From: a virus
DNA: 64,000 nt
Reading direction: 5' to 3' (one strand)
IMG/VR virus record: IMGVR_UViG_3300042882_001046
Span: 54,269 to 118,268 of that record
Part shown: positions 54,744 through 64,000 of the stretch, piece after piece
Layout of the letters: the number at the start of each line of letters is the position of its first letter
Position numbering within the stretch: position 1 is the stretch's first letter
Program-made: the position numbers and the translations under genes
Notes under the pieces: model-generated
What the model was told of the DNA's origin: nothing
What the model saw: the letters and a program-made list of their open reading frames with translations, nothing else
Database searches by the model: none

Positions 54744-54879
54744 CGTTATTTATAATTTAACTATAAATACCTCTCAAGTTGGTCTTTTTTGATATTTATC
54801 TATACCAAGATACTATCTAAAAGTTTTTTTAGCTTTTTAGATTTAATAAACGGTATTAATTAATAAAAATTAGATAAAA

Positions 54880-55998
54880 ATGAAAAATTTATCAAAGGAA
54901 GAGCTATTAAGTAGAATTGAGGCAATTAATAGAAGTAATGCAATAATATATTTTGACCTAAATGGTTTTATTTTAGGGGTTAATCCCATTTTCTTAAAGA
55001 CCATGGGATATTCGGAGAATGAACATGAAAAAGTTATAGGCCAGCATCATAGTATTTTTGTTTCACCTGAAGTTGTAAAGTCGGATGATTACAAGGAGTT
55101 TTGGAAAAAACTATCAGAGGGAAAGTTCTACGAGGGAGAGTTCGAAAGAATAAAATCAGATGGTAGTATTATTTATCTTCAAGCAACCTATAACCCAATA
55201 ATTAATGAAGATGGTACAGTTACAAAGATAATGAAAATTGCTACCGATATTACTACAACTGTAATAGCTAAAAATGAAATCGGGGCCGTGGGTAGAAGTA
55301 ACGCTATCATCTATTTTGATTGTGACGGTTACATACTTGGAGCAAATTCTATTTTTTTAAAGGCGATGGGGTTCGATGAAAAAGATGAAAAAAGAATTAT
55401 TGGTAAACACCATAGTATTTTTGTAAGTCATGAGTATTCAAAATCGGAGGAATATAAAGAATTTTGGGTAAAACTGAGTAGTGGAAAGTTTTTCGAAGGG
55501 GAATTCGAAAGAAGAAAACTAGATGGTTCTCCAATCTTTTTGAAAGCAACCTACAATCCAATACTTAATAACGACGGTATTTGTAAAAAAGTAATGAAAA
55601 TTGCTAATGATATTACCGAGACTGTTGTTAGTAAGAATAAAATAGATGAACTTTCAAAAAATTTACAAACAGAATTAGATAATTCAAACAAACTTCGTAT
55701 GTCAATCGAGCTCGAGAAAAACGCAGCGTTAGAGGACTTAGATGCTACAATCAAAAAAAGTCAAAACCAATTGATAGGAACTATTGTTAAATCAGCTCTG
55801 TTTGTAATTATGAGTGTTGGATTTATTACCACTATAATGTACTCATTTGCAATACTGTCGAATAAAGATACACAAATAATTGGCTCAACGTGGAGTAATA
55901 TGTTCAGTGTCTTACTCACAAACGCGTTCTCCATCGTAGGTACGATTATGGGTATCAAATACGCTACCTCAGATGATAAAAAAAATAAATTAGAATAA
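54880..55998 (+). CDS. Tandem PAS-PAC sensor with coiled coil and two C-terminal TM helices, no output domain
   Basis: Two near-duplicate repeats RSNAIIYFD...IGxHHSIFV...YKEFW...GEFER...ATYNPI...MKIA. Confidence 0.85.
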   Translation: MKNLSKEELLSRIEAINRSNAIIYFDLNGFILGVNPIFLKTMGYSENEHEKVIGQHHSIFVSPEVVKSDDYKEFWKKLSEGKFYEGEFERIKSDGSIIYLQATYNPIINEDGTVTKIMKIATDITTTVIAKNEIGAVGRSNAIIYFDCDGYILGANSIFLKAMGFDEKDEKRIIGKHHSIFVSHEYSKSEEYKEFWVKLSSGKFFEGEFERRKLDGSPIFLKATYNPILNNDGICKKVMKIANDITETVVSKNKIDELSKNLQTELDNSNKLRMSIELEKNAALEDLDATIKKSQNQLIGTIVKSALFVIMSVGFITTIMYSFAILSNKDTQIIGSTWSNMFSVLLTNAFSIVGTIMGIKYATSDDKKNKLE

Positions 55999-56077
55999 AG
56001 TATTTTTTTTAGAGAAACATACTCTCATCTTACTCCCCATAATTAAAGAATATTTATAGTAATAAAAATAAATTACT

Positions 56078-56920
56078 ATGATACTAAAAGTTGGGTCTAA
56101 AGGAGAAGACGTAAAAAAACTCCAACAGAAATTAGGATTAGGTGCCGATGGAATTTTCGGTACAGGAACTGAAGCTGCGGTAAAAAAATGGCAAGCAGCT
56201 AACGGATTAACGGCTGATGGAATTGTAGGAGAAGGTACATGGGGTAAAATGTTTAGTTCAGGTCAACAATTAATTACTGAACCATCAACTCCGTCCACAC
56301 CTATTAAATCAGTTGGTAATCTTAAATTAGAAAACCTTAAGGGGCATATTCCTGAGGCGGTAATTGCACAAATCCCTGATACCGCAGCAAAGTTTGAATT
56401 AAACACTCCATTAAGATTGGCACACTTCTTAGCTCAGTGTGGGCATGAAAGTGGCGGATTCAAAGCAACTCAAGAGAACTTAAACTATTCGGCGAGTGGT
56501 CTTAAAGGTATTTTTGGTAAGTACTTTAAAGAAGCTGGATTAGCGGAATCATACCAAAGAAATCCTCAAAAAATTGCAAGTAGAGTTTATGGTGGAAGAA
56601 TGGGTAACGGACCTGAATCTACAGGTGAAGGTTACAAATTCAGAGGTAGAGGGTATATTCAGTTAACTGGTAAAGATAATTACACCGCGTTTGGTAAAGC
56701 AATAAATGAAGATATGACGGCATCTCCTGATAAAGTTGCAACACATTATCCATTATTATCAGCAGCATGGTTCTTTACAAAAAATGGTTTACATAAACTT
56801 GCAGACCAAGGGTCAACTGATGCGGTTGTTACACAAATTACAAAAAGAGTTAACGGTGGTACAATCGGATTGGCAGATAGAATCAAACATTTTAAAGAAT
56901 ATTATCATTTACTTGCGTAA
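56078..56920 (+). CDS. Endolysin: peptidoglycan-binding domain plus GH19 catalytic domain
   Basis: LKVGSKGEDVKKLQ...ADGIFG; HFLAQCGHESGG, FRGRGYIQLTG, TKRVNGG. Confidence 0.92.
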   Translation: MILKVGSKGEDVKKLQQKLGLGADGIFGTGTEAAVKKWQAANGLTADGIVGEGTWGKMFSSGQQLITEPSTPSTPIKSVGNLKLENLKGHIPEAVIAQIPDTAAKFELNTPLRLAHFLAQCGHESGGFKATQENLNYSASGLKGIFGKYFKEAGLAESYQRNPQKIASRVYGGRMGNGPESTGEGYKFRGRGYIQLTGKDNYTAFGKAINEDMTASPDKVATHYPLLSAAWFFTKNGLHKLADQGSTDAVVTQITKRVNGGTIGLADRIKHFKEYYHLLA

Positions 56921-56970
56921 TATTTTTGTAATATAAAAATTAACCCTATCTTTGTAGTAAAGATATTATC

Positions 56971-57210
56971 ATGATAGCAATGAATAGAACAACAGCAATT
57001 AACGACTTTAAGTGGGTAATTAAAGTATTGGATTCATCCGAAAGTAAAGAACATATGGACACAACTCTAAAGTGTTTTACTCTATGGGAAAACAAACATG
57101 TTGATAAATCATTAACTACAGTTGATAAAAAAATAATAACTGAATTAAAATCCAAATTTTGGTCTAAATTCAAAAATAAAGTATCATGTATTGGAACCTT
57201 TAACATTTAA
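56971..57210 (+). CDS. Hypothetical protein
   Basis: 79-aa ORF after TATCTTTG. Confidence 0.55.
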   Translation: MIAMNRTTAINDFKWVIKVLDSSESKEHMDTTLKCFTLWENKHVDKSLTTVDKKIITELKSKFWSKFKNKVSCIGTFNI

Positions 57211-57598
57211 AAGTCAATTTGACCCAAACATAACAATTGTAATAATTTTATCTGACCATCCTCAATATGAACAGGTAAAACCGATGTTTGACGAGTATGG
57301 TTATGGATTTATGGTACCAGGTCAAAACTTAATTATTATTGATGGGGAACAATTTATTGATAATTTTAACTCAGATGTTTTAAAGTTCATTGAAGCTCAT
57401 GAAGTGGCCCATTTTATGTTAAACCATAATGGACCAAGAGATGATGATGATGAGATGGATGCTGATTTAGGGGCTTATTTGTTATTACAAAATATTGGGG
57501 CAACAGATTCAATTAAATTATTAGTGAAACACTTCAAAAATAGACATGGAGTTAGATTTGACGAAAAATTGTTAGAAAGAGTAAAAAATTCATTCTGA
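57191..57598 (+). CDS. Small zincin-like protein
   Basis: HEVAH then EMDAD. Confidence 0.6.
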   Translation: MEPLTFKSQFDPNITIVIILSDHPQYEQVKPMFDEYGYGFMVPGQNLIIIDGEQFIDNFNSDVLKFIEAHEVAHFMLNHNGPRDDDDEMDADLGAYLLLQNIGATDSIKLLVKHFKNRHGVRFDEKLLERVKNSF

Positions 57599-57644
57599 CG
57601 CTAATGAAAAGTGGACTTTTTTAAAAAAAAGTCATATTTATTAG

Positions 57645-57727
57645 TACAATCGCTCCAATAAGGAGTGTTCTCATATATCCCTTTCCAAAAGACCCGCGAA
57701 ATTTATTTTGTCGGGTCTTATTTTTTT
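57645..57727 (+). ncRNA. Candidate small RNA
   Basis: TATTTATT at 57635; hairpin CGCTCC/GGAGTG; terminator AAGACCCG/CGGGTCTT plus T-run; no ORF. Confidence 0.5.
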
Positions 57728-57741
57728 ACTATATTTGTACT

Positions 57742-58479
57742 ATGGAAAATACACTATATCAAAAGATTGAAACCGCAATCATAAGATGGAATATCGATGG
57801 TACAAAAACCGCAGGAACATTAACAAGAGAAATTTTAGAAATTATGGAACCAGAAAAAGACATATTTGAACAATGGGATGAAGAAAGGTCCAAAAAACCT
57901 TGGATTATGCGAAAATTAGAATTTATCCCGTTATGGTGGAATCATGAAGGCAAGTACCTACATAAAGAAATTCGGACTGGAATAAAGAATATTTGGTATT
58001 GGCTACCTATAATTTGGAAAGACCGAAATTGGGATTCTCATTATATATTTGAGATAATGATGCACAAATTAAAGGCTCAGTCCAAATATATTGGAGGTAG
58101 GGGTATTCATTTACGTGCTGAAAGAGATGCTGAAGTTATGATGACATGTGTCAAATTAATGAAACTTATTCAAGATGATTTTTATAGTTCAGAGTACTCA
58201 GGTTATCATAAAACAAAACATTGGTTTGAAGATGTGCCAGGAAAAGAAGGTTATAGCTCTTGGGAGTCTAAATTAGTTAAAGAAAATTTTGATGATTATT
58301 TTAAAAAATACCCATTAATTTATAAAAGAGTATTAAACGGTGAAGGTGTATTTAGAAAAGAAGGTCGTGAAGAGGACAAACAAGTTATTGCCATGAGTAT
58401 TGCACACATTAATCATGACAGAGCGAGGAAATTATTATTTAAATTAATGGAAGAAAACATCGAAAGATGGTGGGATTAA
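57742..58479 (+). CDS. Hypothetical phage protein
   Basis: 245-aa ORF; TATATTTG 4 nt before ATG. Confidence 0.7.
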   Translation: MENTLYQKIETAIIRWNIDGTKTAGTLTREILEIMEPEKDIFEQWDEERSKKPWIMRKLEFIPLWWNHEGKYLHKEIRTGIKNIWYWLPIIWKDRNWDSHYIFEIMMHKLKAQSKYIGGRGIHLRAERDAEVMMTCVKLMKLIQDDFYSSEYSGYHKTKHWFEDVPGKEGYSSWESKLVKENFDDYFKKYPLIYKRVLNGEGVFRKEGREEDKQVIAMSIAHINHDRARKLLFKLMEENIERWWD

Positions 58480-58493
58480 TAAATTAAAAAATT

Positions 58494-58649
58494 ATGTGGA
58501 AAGTTTATACATTAATGTTTATTGTAGTCGCAGTTATTTCATACCTTTGGGTTCGTGGAATTGACTACATGAAAGAAAATTATCCTGATTATAAAGGAGA
58601 CGATTTATTTGGGCCATTTAACGAAGACGATAAAGACAATATATTATGA
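58494..58649 (+). CDS. 51-aa single-TM protein (below track cutoff)
   Basis: MWKVYTLMFIVVAVISYLWV...; ATGA overlap with next gene. Confidence 0.6.
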   Translation: MWKVYTLMFIVVAVISYLWVRGIDYMKENYPDYKGDDLFGPFNEDDKDNIL

Positions 58650-59323
58650 AAATAACATTCATCAGCGACACTCACAACAAACACAACCACCTTACAAGTA
58701 AGGGGATGGGTAATATATTGGGTAGTGGAGACGTACTTGTACACGCTGGTGATATCAGTAGTATGGGTAAACAACATGAAATCCAAAATTTCTTGAACTG
58801 GTTTGCCCGCACTGATTTCAAACATAAAATCTTTATTGCGGGTAACCACGATTTCGGATTTGAACATGGGTTTGAAATTGACCAAGAATTCAAGGATATG
58901 GGGGTTATCTATCTTCAAGATAGTGAAGTTGTAATCGATGGTGTTAAGTTCTACGGAAGTCCATGGCAGCCTGAATTTTACAATTGGGCCTTCAACCTAC
59001 CAAGAGGAGAGAAACTAGCTGAGAAGTGGTCTAAAATCCCTGGTAACACAGATATCCTTATTACTCATGGTCCTGTTTACGGATTGTTGGATTACGCACC
59101 TATGGGTGGTCACGTTGGATGTGAAATGTTGTACCAAAGAGTTTTTGAAGTAAAACCAAAAATTCACGTTTGTGGTCATATCCACAGTGGGTATGGACAA
59201 AAAAGTATCGATGGTGTTGAGTTCCTTAATGCATCCGTACTTGACGAAAGATACGAACATGCTCACAAACCAATTGTTGTAAACTTCAACACTGAAACTA
59301 AGGAAGTTGAGGGATATGCTTAA
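58646..59323 (+). CDS. Metallophosphoesterase (MPPED-like)
   Basis: SDTH, HAGD, GNHD, THGP, GHIH. Confidence 0.9.
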   Translation: MKITFISDTHNKHNHLTSKGMGNILGSGDVLVHAGDISSMGKQHEIQNFLNWFARTDFKHKIFIAGNHDFGFEHGFEIDQEFKDMGVIYLQDSEVVIDGVKFYGSPWQPEFYNWAFNLPRGEKLAEKWSKIPGNTDILITHGPVYGLLDYAPMGGHVGCEMLYQRVFEVKPKIHVCGHIHSGYGQKSIDGVEFLNASVLDERYEHAHKPIVVNFNTETKEVEGYA

Positions 59324-59639
59324 AGAATATTGTGATTGTGGAAAATTGGCGACTTGGTGTTATATGCCTGGTTATAGTAGTGGTGAAAGCTCATATTCTT
59401 GTGACGAATGCGTTCCAAGGGGGTGTGATTGTAATCACATTTATTGTAAGGGTAGTGCACATGACCCGCCTTTAGAACACGAACAATGTCCTGAAGGTGA
59501 TGAGAGTTCAAATTGGAAATGGATTGAAAAAGATATCATTTGGACACATATTGATGACAAAGGTAGAGAGTATCCATGTGCGGAATATGATTGGGACCCT
59601 GATGGGTACGAACGGGATATTAATCCTCATATAAAATAA
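59316..59639 (+). CDS. Cys-rich hypothetical protein
   Basis: CDCG...CDECVPRGCDC. Confidence 0.6.
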   Translation: MLKEYCDCGKLATWCYMPGYSSGESSYSCDECVPRGCDCNHIYCKGSAHDPPLEHEQCPEGDESSNWKWIEKDIIWTHIDDKGREYPCAEYDWDPDGYERDINPHIK

Positions 59640-59644
59640 ATGTT

Positions 59645-59938
59645 ATGGAATTAAAAAAAACAAAAGAAGTATTAATTTGTGATTGTCATTCAAGTGACCA
59701 TCAGATTTTATTAATGTACAGCGAAGATGAATATTCTACTGGTGAAACTTTTCCTACTTGTTACGCTCATATACATCTTAACCGAAGACCGTTTTGGGAA
59801 AGAGTAAAATATGGTATAAAATATATTTTTGGATATAGATGTAGATTCGGTGCATTTGACGAATTTTTATTCAATCCTGATGACGTTGAAAAATTAGAAA
59901 AACTTGTAAAATACCTAAAAAATGAAACAAATGATTAA
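59645..59938 (+). CDS. Hypothetical protein
   Basis: CDC..H motif; operon spacing. Confidence 0.6.
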   Translation: MELKKTKEVLICDCHSSDHQILLMYSEDEYSTGETFPTCYAHIHLNRRPFWERVKYGIKYIFGYRCRFGAFDEFLFNPDDVEKLEKLVKYLKNETND

Positions 59939-60335
59939 AGTATATTTGGACGACGTAAGAACTCCTGTTGATAAAGATTGGGTTGTGGTTCGCTCTTACG
60001 ATGAGTTTGTTGACAAAGTGAATGAAATTGGTTTAAATAAGATTGAAGTAATTTCTTTGGACCATGATTTGGGGGATACTGCAATGGCTGAATGGCATCG
60101 TAATGTATACCACAACTACACCTTGGATTACAACAATATCAAAGAAAAAACAGGGTATGATTGTGCTAAGTGGTTAGTAGACCAATGGATGGAAGGTGAG
60201 CCTGTTGTTGATGTTTATACTCACTCAGCGAATGCTATCGGTAGTGCGAATATTATGGGGTACGTAAATAACTACAGACACGTTAATCGATTACCTCAAA
60301 ATTGTGTAAGAGTTCAAATCGAACATACGGTATAA
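59922..60335 (+). CDS. Receiver-like domain of the cyclic-phosphate-processing type
   Basis: YLDDVR, SLDHDLG, TGYDCAKWL, HSAN. Confidence 0.7.
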   Translation: MKQMIKVYLDDVRTPVDKDWVVVRSYDEFVDKVNEIGLNKIEVISLDHDLGDTAMAEWHRNVYHNYTLDYNNIKEKTGYDCAKWLVDQWMEGEPVVDVYTHSANAIGSANIMGYVNNYRHVNRLPQNCVRVQIEHTV

Positions 60336-60375
60336 AGAAAGATGGAGAAATCCATCTTTTTTTGTATTTATTAAT

Positions 60376-61041
60376 ATGGCATCACAGAGTCAATTTTCTA
60401 AACTATCAAAAAAACAATTAGTATTCATTTGTGAAAAACTAGTTGACGATGAATTTCCAATAGGAAATCCATACGAACAGGATTTTGACCACGCGTATAA
60501 TACGTTGAAGGATGTTTCGAAATATTTCAACATTGAACCAGCTCATGAAGATGTTGAGTTTTTTTCAAAACTTTTAGAAATCAATGGAGAGATTATTGGG
60601 GACTTTTTTGCAAATAATCGTGAAGAAATGAGAAATAAGGAATTAATTGAGCAATTAGTTCTTCCTGTATCAAAAACATATGATTTACATTATACCACAA
60701 ACGGTACTTGTAATTTTGAAGAATTCATGGGGCAGTACTTTGATTGTTACGATAAAGACTGGGTTAGAGATTCTGCAGAACAACAAAGACAAGACGGAAA
60801 TTGGGACTTGTATGATGGTAGAAATCTAAGAGAAACCGAATACGACAATTACGAAATAAATGACGAAAGTTATGGTCATGTCTATGAGGTAACCGAGGAC
60901 TATATTAAGGATGGTTTTGTAAACGAATCAATCTTAGATAGAATTGTTTTAGAAAATACTAAAGACGTTGTTAATTCTTTAGACAAAAAAACTCTATTAA
61001 AATTAAGAACCATTATTGAATCAAGGCTTCGTTCTCTTTAA
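60376..61041 (+). CDS. Hypothetical, probable virion protein
   Basis: TATTTATT 3 nt before ATG; VNE/VLE near C-terminus. Confidence 0.65.
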   Translation: MASQSQFSKLSKKQLVFICEKLVDDEFPIGNPYEQDFDHAYNTLKDVSKYFNIEPAHEDVEFFSKLLEINGEIIGDFFANNREEMRNKELIEQLVLPVSKTYDLHYTTNGTCNFEEFMGQYFDCYDKDWVRDSAEQQRQDGNWDLYDGRNLRETEYDNYEINDESYGHVYEVTEDYIKDGFVNESILDRIVLENTKDVVNSLDKKTLLKLRTIIESRLRSL

Positions 61042-61263
61042 CCTTGCATCTTTTCTGGCATCTTTAGCCAATTCCCCTAAAGTTTTTTTCTTTTTTTCCA
61101 ACGGATGAGTATACCCTTTCTTATACTTATGCTCAACTTCTACGGGTCCTGCAGTTGTTATTTTTGAGTTATATTTCCAAATAGAAATACATTCATCATC
61201 TTCATATACTACCTCCCATTTTGTAGGTTTTTCTGTTGGTTTTGTGTTTGTTAAAATTGCCAT
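61021..61263 (-). CDS. Hypothetical protein
   Basis: TATCTTTG 4 nt before ATG. Confidence 0.6.
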   Translation of the reverse strand: MAILTNTKPTEKPTKWEVVYEDDECISIWKYNSKITTAGPVEVEHKYKKGYTHPLEKKKKTLGELAKDARKDARLKRTKP

Positions 61264-61284
61264 AAGACAAAGATACGGATATTT

Positions 61285-62319
61285 TTAATCTTCTCCAAAC
61301 TCTTCTTCAGGTGAAGAATAACAGAATTGCATTTGATTTGATTGGTCTGGATTACCATGAACGTTCAAGAAAGTTGTTTGGTCTAATTCTAACGTTTTAC
61401 ATTGTTTCTTGGACTTAGCCATTCTCTCTCCGTCGTATACTCTAATATTAAAATATTTGGCCTCGTTTGAGACACACCAGTTTTCGCACATATGTTGTCT
61501 CGCATATTTGATTGTGGTGTCATCACATCCACCAACATATTTTTTTACTTGAACTGGAACCCAATTTCCTTCAGGATTTCTAACTAACATGTCAATACCA
61601 ATCATATCCATAAATGAATAATCTCCAGAATACATAACAACATTTTCAGACCCAATTTGTTCTGAAATATACTCATAAAATTTATCTTCAATTAAAGACC
61701 CTTCTTTTGTTTTCTGTGCAATTGTTTGATTAATCCTATCCCTAATTTCTTTTTTATTTTCACCCTCAATTCTACCCATAAATTGTTCAAATGGTGTAAC
61801 ACCATCTTCATTTACACGATTAAAGAAATATTCTAAAGCATTTTCAAAAGAAACATTGGTTTTATAATGTTCTGGGAGTTCAGAGGTCATCATGTATGCC
61901 GCGGCTGTGTAATTCGTGTTTAACTTATTAAGTAAGTCGTATTGTTTTTCTTCATTCCAAATCACATATTGTTCTGTAAACTTAACCATTCTATCTATAA
62001 CATATTTTCTGAGTTTTGGACATGAAGATTTGAATTTGGTTAAAGCATCAACAACCATCTCTCTCCTTTCAGAAAAAAATTCATTCTCTTTGTCGTATTT
62101 TACAGCTCTAATTCCTGTGGTATAGGTTGATAAGTAATTTTTAATGTACTCATCCATGGCTTGTTTTACCTTTCTGGTGTTTCTCATAAGTTTGTTTTCC
62201 GCAAACTTGCACCATCTATGGTCGTTGGTGTGTGGAGGAAAAAAATCACACCCAACCAAATTCTTTTTTGAACCTTTCTGTTCTTTTAAAACTTCTTTAA
62301 TTTTTGCACGAATATCCAT
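61285..62319 (-). CDS. Hypothetical, probable virion protein
   Basis: MDIRAKIKEVLKEQ; TATTTATA 4 nt before ATG 62319. Confidence 0.65.
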   Translation of the reverse strand: MDIRAKIKEVLKEQKGSKKNLVGCDFFPPHTNDHRWCKFAENKLMRNTRKVKQAMDEYIKNYLSTYTTGIRAVKYDKENEFFSERREMVVDALTKFKSSCPKLRKYVIDRMVKFTEQYVIWNEEKQYDLLNKLNTNYTAAAYMMTSELPEHYKTNVSFENALEYFFNRVNEDGVTPFEQFMGRIEGENKKEIRDRINQTIAQKTKEGSLIEDKFYEYISEQIGSENVVMYSGDYSFMDMIGIDMLVRNPEGNWVPVQVKKYVGGCDDTTIKYARQHMCENWCVSNEAKYFNIRVYDGERMAKSKKQCKTLELDQTTFLNVHGNPDQSNQMQFCYSSPEEEFGED

Positions 62320-62376
62320 CAAGTATAAATACCTACATTAACTAAAAATCCCCTCTTTTGGAGGGGATTAGTTAAT

Positions 62377-62628
62377 TTACTCTTCAGTACTGTCAGATTT
62401 TCCTTTGTTAATCCATTTGTCAATGGAACCGATTCCAAAAGACCCAAGAACTAACCATAGGAACGCGTTAAAGATGAACTCGTTAATTACAAGGTCTTTT
62501 CCTAAAGAACCTGTTACGATGTCTGCAATTGCAAACCCTGTCATCATTACAAAAGCTAAAAATCCAACGACACTTTTTTCGTTGATTGCGTTGTTGTCGT
62601 TAAACAACTGTGAGAAAAATTTTTTCAT
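62377..62628 (-). CDS. Two-TM membrane protein (holin-like size)
   Basis: Two hydrophobic helices and charged tail; ATG 62628. Confidence 0.55.
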   Translation of the reverse strand: MKKFFSQLFNDNNAINEKSVVGFLAFVMMTGFAIADIVTGSLGKDLVINEFIFNAFLWLVLGSFGIGSIDKWINKGKSDSTEE

Positions 62629-62685
62629 AGTATTTGGTAATTTACTTACCAATAAATATCTAAAACTTCACTAAGATACTACAAA

Positions 62686-64000
62686 TTAAAATGGTTCATC
62701 ACTTGTTTGTGTCACACCATTATTGTTTGTTACAGTTTGTGTTCCTGAACTATCAGTTGTTACCACAGCACCCAACATCAAATATTGAGTGTTTGCTAAC
62801 GATGTAAGAGGTCCTCTTGGTGTTGATTGAGTTGTTTGAGTTGAATCATATACTGCAGTTCCAATTGTCATTCTCATATTAGTCCAATAACCTGGCCAAT
62901 ATCCACCGTAGAATCTACCAATAGTGTCAGTTGCAGTGGTATAATTTAATGTATCAGATTGTGTACCACCTGCTCTAACTCCATCAATATACACCGCAGT
63001 AGTTCCATCTGCATTTCTATTGTAAATCAAATAGTGCCAAACGTTGGCACTAATTGCTGATGATGTTACGTAACTAAACGAACCACCTCCACCATTTCTG
63101 TCCGAAGTTATTGTTGTACCATTAGCAAAATATAAATTCAAACATCCTGTAGGACTAGTAACTGGAGAACCTACTATTCCCTTATCAACAAAAAGGTCAT
63201 TATTATAAAACCATCCTTCCAACGTAAATGCACCCGCTCCAAAAGTTACTCCAGGACTTAAACTTAATGATTGATTGGTACCATTGAATAGTAAACTACC
63301 CGCTAATGTTTGGAATGGTGTAGGACTTGGAGTTTGTGTTAATGTTGGTGTAGGTGTTGGTGTTGATGAAGTCCTTGTAGGTGTTGGTGTTAATGTTGGT
63401 GTAACTGATGATGTTTGAGTATTAGTTACACTTGGCGTAGGTGTACTTGTATTTGTTGGTGTTGCCGTAGGTGTTGGTGTTACTAATGAAGCCTCACAAT
63501 CATCACAGTTAAAATAGAAAGTTAGTGGTGCTCCTGTATCTGTTGGGGTAGCAACAATCTTATTGACAATTCTGTAACATCCACTTGGAGTTGCTCCTGT
63601 AAATGTCATGTTGAATATATCACCAGCACCGAATGCTCCTGGTCCTAAATCAGCGACTAATACATTCAAAGTAGTACATCCTGAAATTGTGTAAGTTGTG
63701 GTTGTTCCGTCAATACAATCGGCACAATTAGGATAGGAAGATATTGGGTTACCACCATCTGTAGGTGTTGCGTTGATTTTATTGATAATTGTGTAACATT
63801 CAGTTGCAGTCGCTCCTGTAAAGTCCAAATAGAATGTATCACCAGGGAAAAATGCTCCTGGTCCTAAATCAGCAACAATCACATTTGAACTACTACATCC
63901 TGAGATGGTGTAAGTGGTAATCGCACTTAAATCAGTTGGAGTTGGTGTTTGTGTTAATGTTGGTGTAACTGATGGTGTTTGAGTTGCCGCCGCAGTTCCT
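62686..64000 (-). CDS. Large virion-surface-type protein, 5'-partial: T/P linkers, repeated Cys modules, LamG/ConA-like C-domain
   Basis: Frame open to window end; two TTYTISGC..NV.VADLGPGAF modules; TPTPT tracts; FTLEGWFY...WHYL LamG-like region. Confidence 0.75.
   Translation of the reverse strand, partial: GTAAATQTPSVTPTLTQTPTPTDLSAITTYTISGCSSSNVIVADLGPGAFFPGDTFYLDFTGATATECYTIINKINATPTDGGNPISSYPNCADCIDGTTTTYTISGCTTLNVLVADLGPGAFGAGDIFNMTFTGATPSGCYRIVNKIVATPTDTGAPLTFYFNCDDCEASLVTPTPTATPTNTSTPTPSVTNTQTSSVTPTLTPTPTRTSSTPTPTPTLTQTPSPTPFQTLAGSLLFNGTNQSLSLSPGVTFGAGAFTLEGWFYNNDLFVDKGIVGSPVTSPTGCLNLYFANGTTITSDRNGGGGSFSYVTSSAISANVWHYLIYNRNADGTTAVYIDGVRAGGTQSDTLNYTTATDTIGRFYGGYWPGYWTNMRMTIGTAVYDSTQTTQSTPRGPLTSLANTQYLMLGAVVTTDSSGTQTVTNNNGVTQTSDEPF

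Overview
AT-rich window from a very large (jumbo-type) tailed phage genome, most likely infecting a Bacteroidota host. Host evidence: TAnnTTTG promoters, no Shine-Dalgarno motifs, a Bacteroidota-type TonB-dependent receptor and lipoproteins. No ribosomal, rRNA or core chromosomal genes are present. The window holds a tmRNA, ClpC (no N-domain) and ClpP, and 24 tRNA genes on the minus strand (18.0-26.6 kb) that form a non-redundant one-per-codon-box decoding set. It also holds RNA-repair enzymes, ThyA, PPK2, glycan-modification enzymes, three peptidoglycan hydrolases and many probable virion proteins. The main novel observation is two unannotated 32-codon leader ORFs (20821..20919 and 25255..25353, minus strand), each followed by an intrinsic terminator and then a tRNA array. 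Each leader carries a 7-nt antiterminator at the same position, and codons 5-22 of each are (17 of 18) the amino acids of the tRNAs in its own downstream array. This suggests ribosome-mediated attenuation that audits host tRNA supply codon by codon. The arrays also contain several unexplained structured RNAs, including a 170-nt oversized tRNA-like molecule and a 181-nt pseudoknotted RNA. All family calls are from motif recognition by eye and all folds were paired by hand; no database search or folding program was run.
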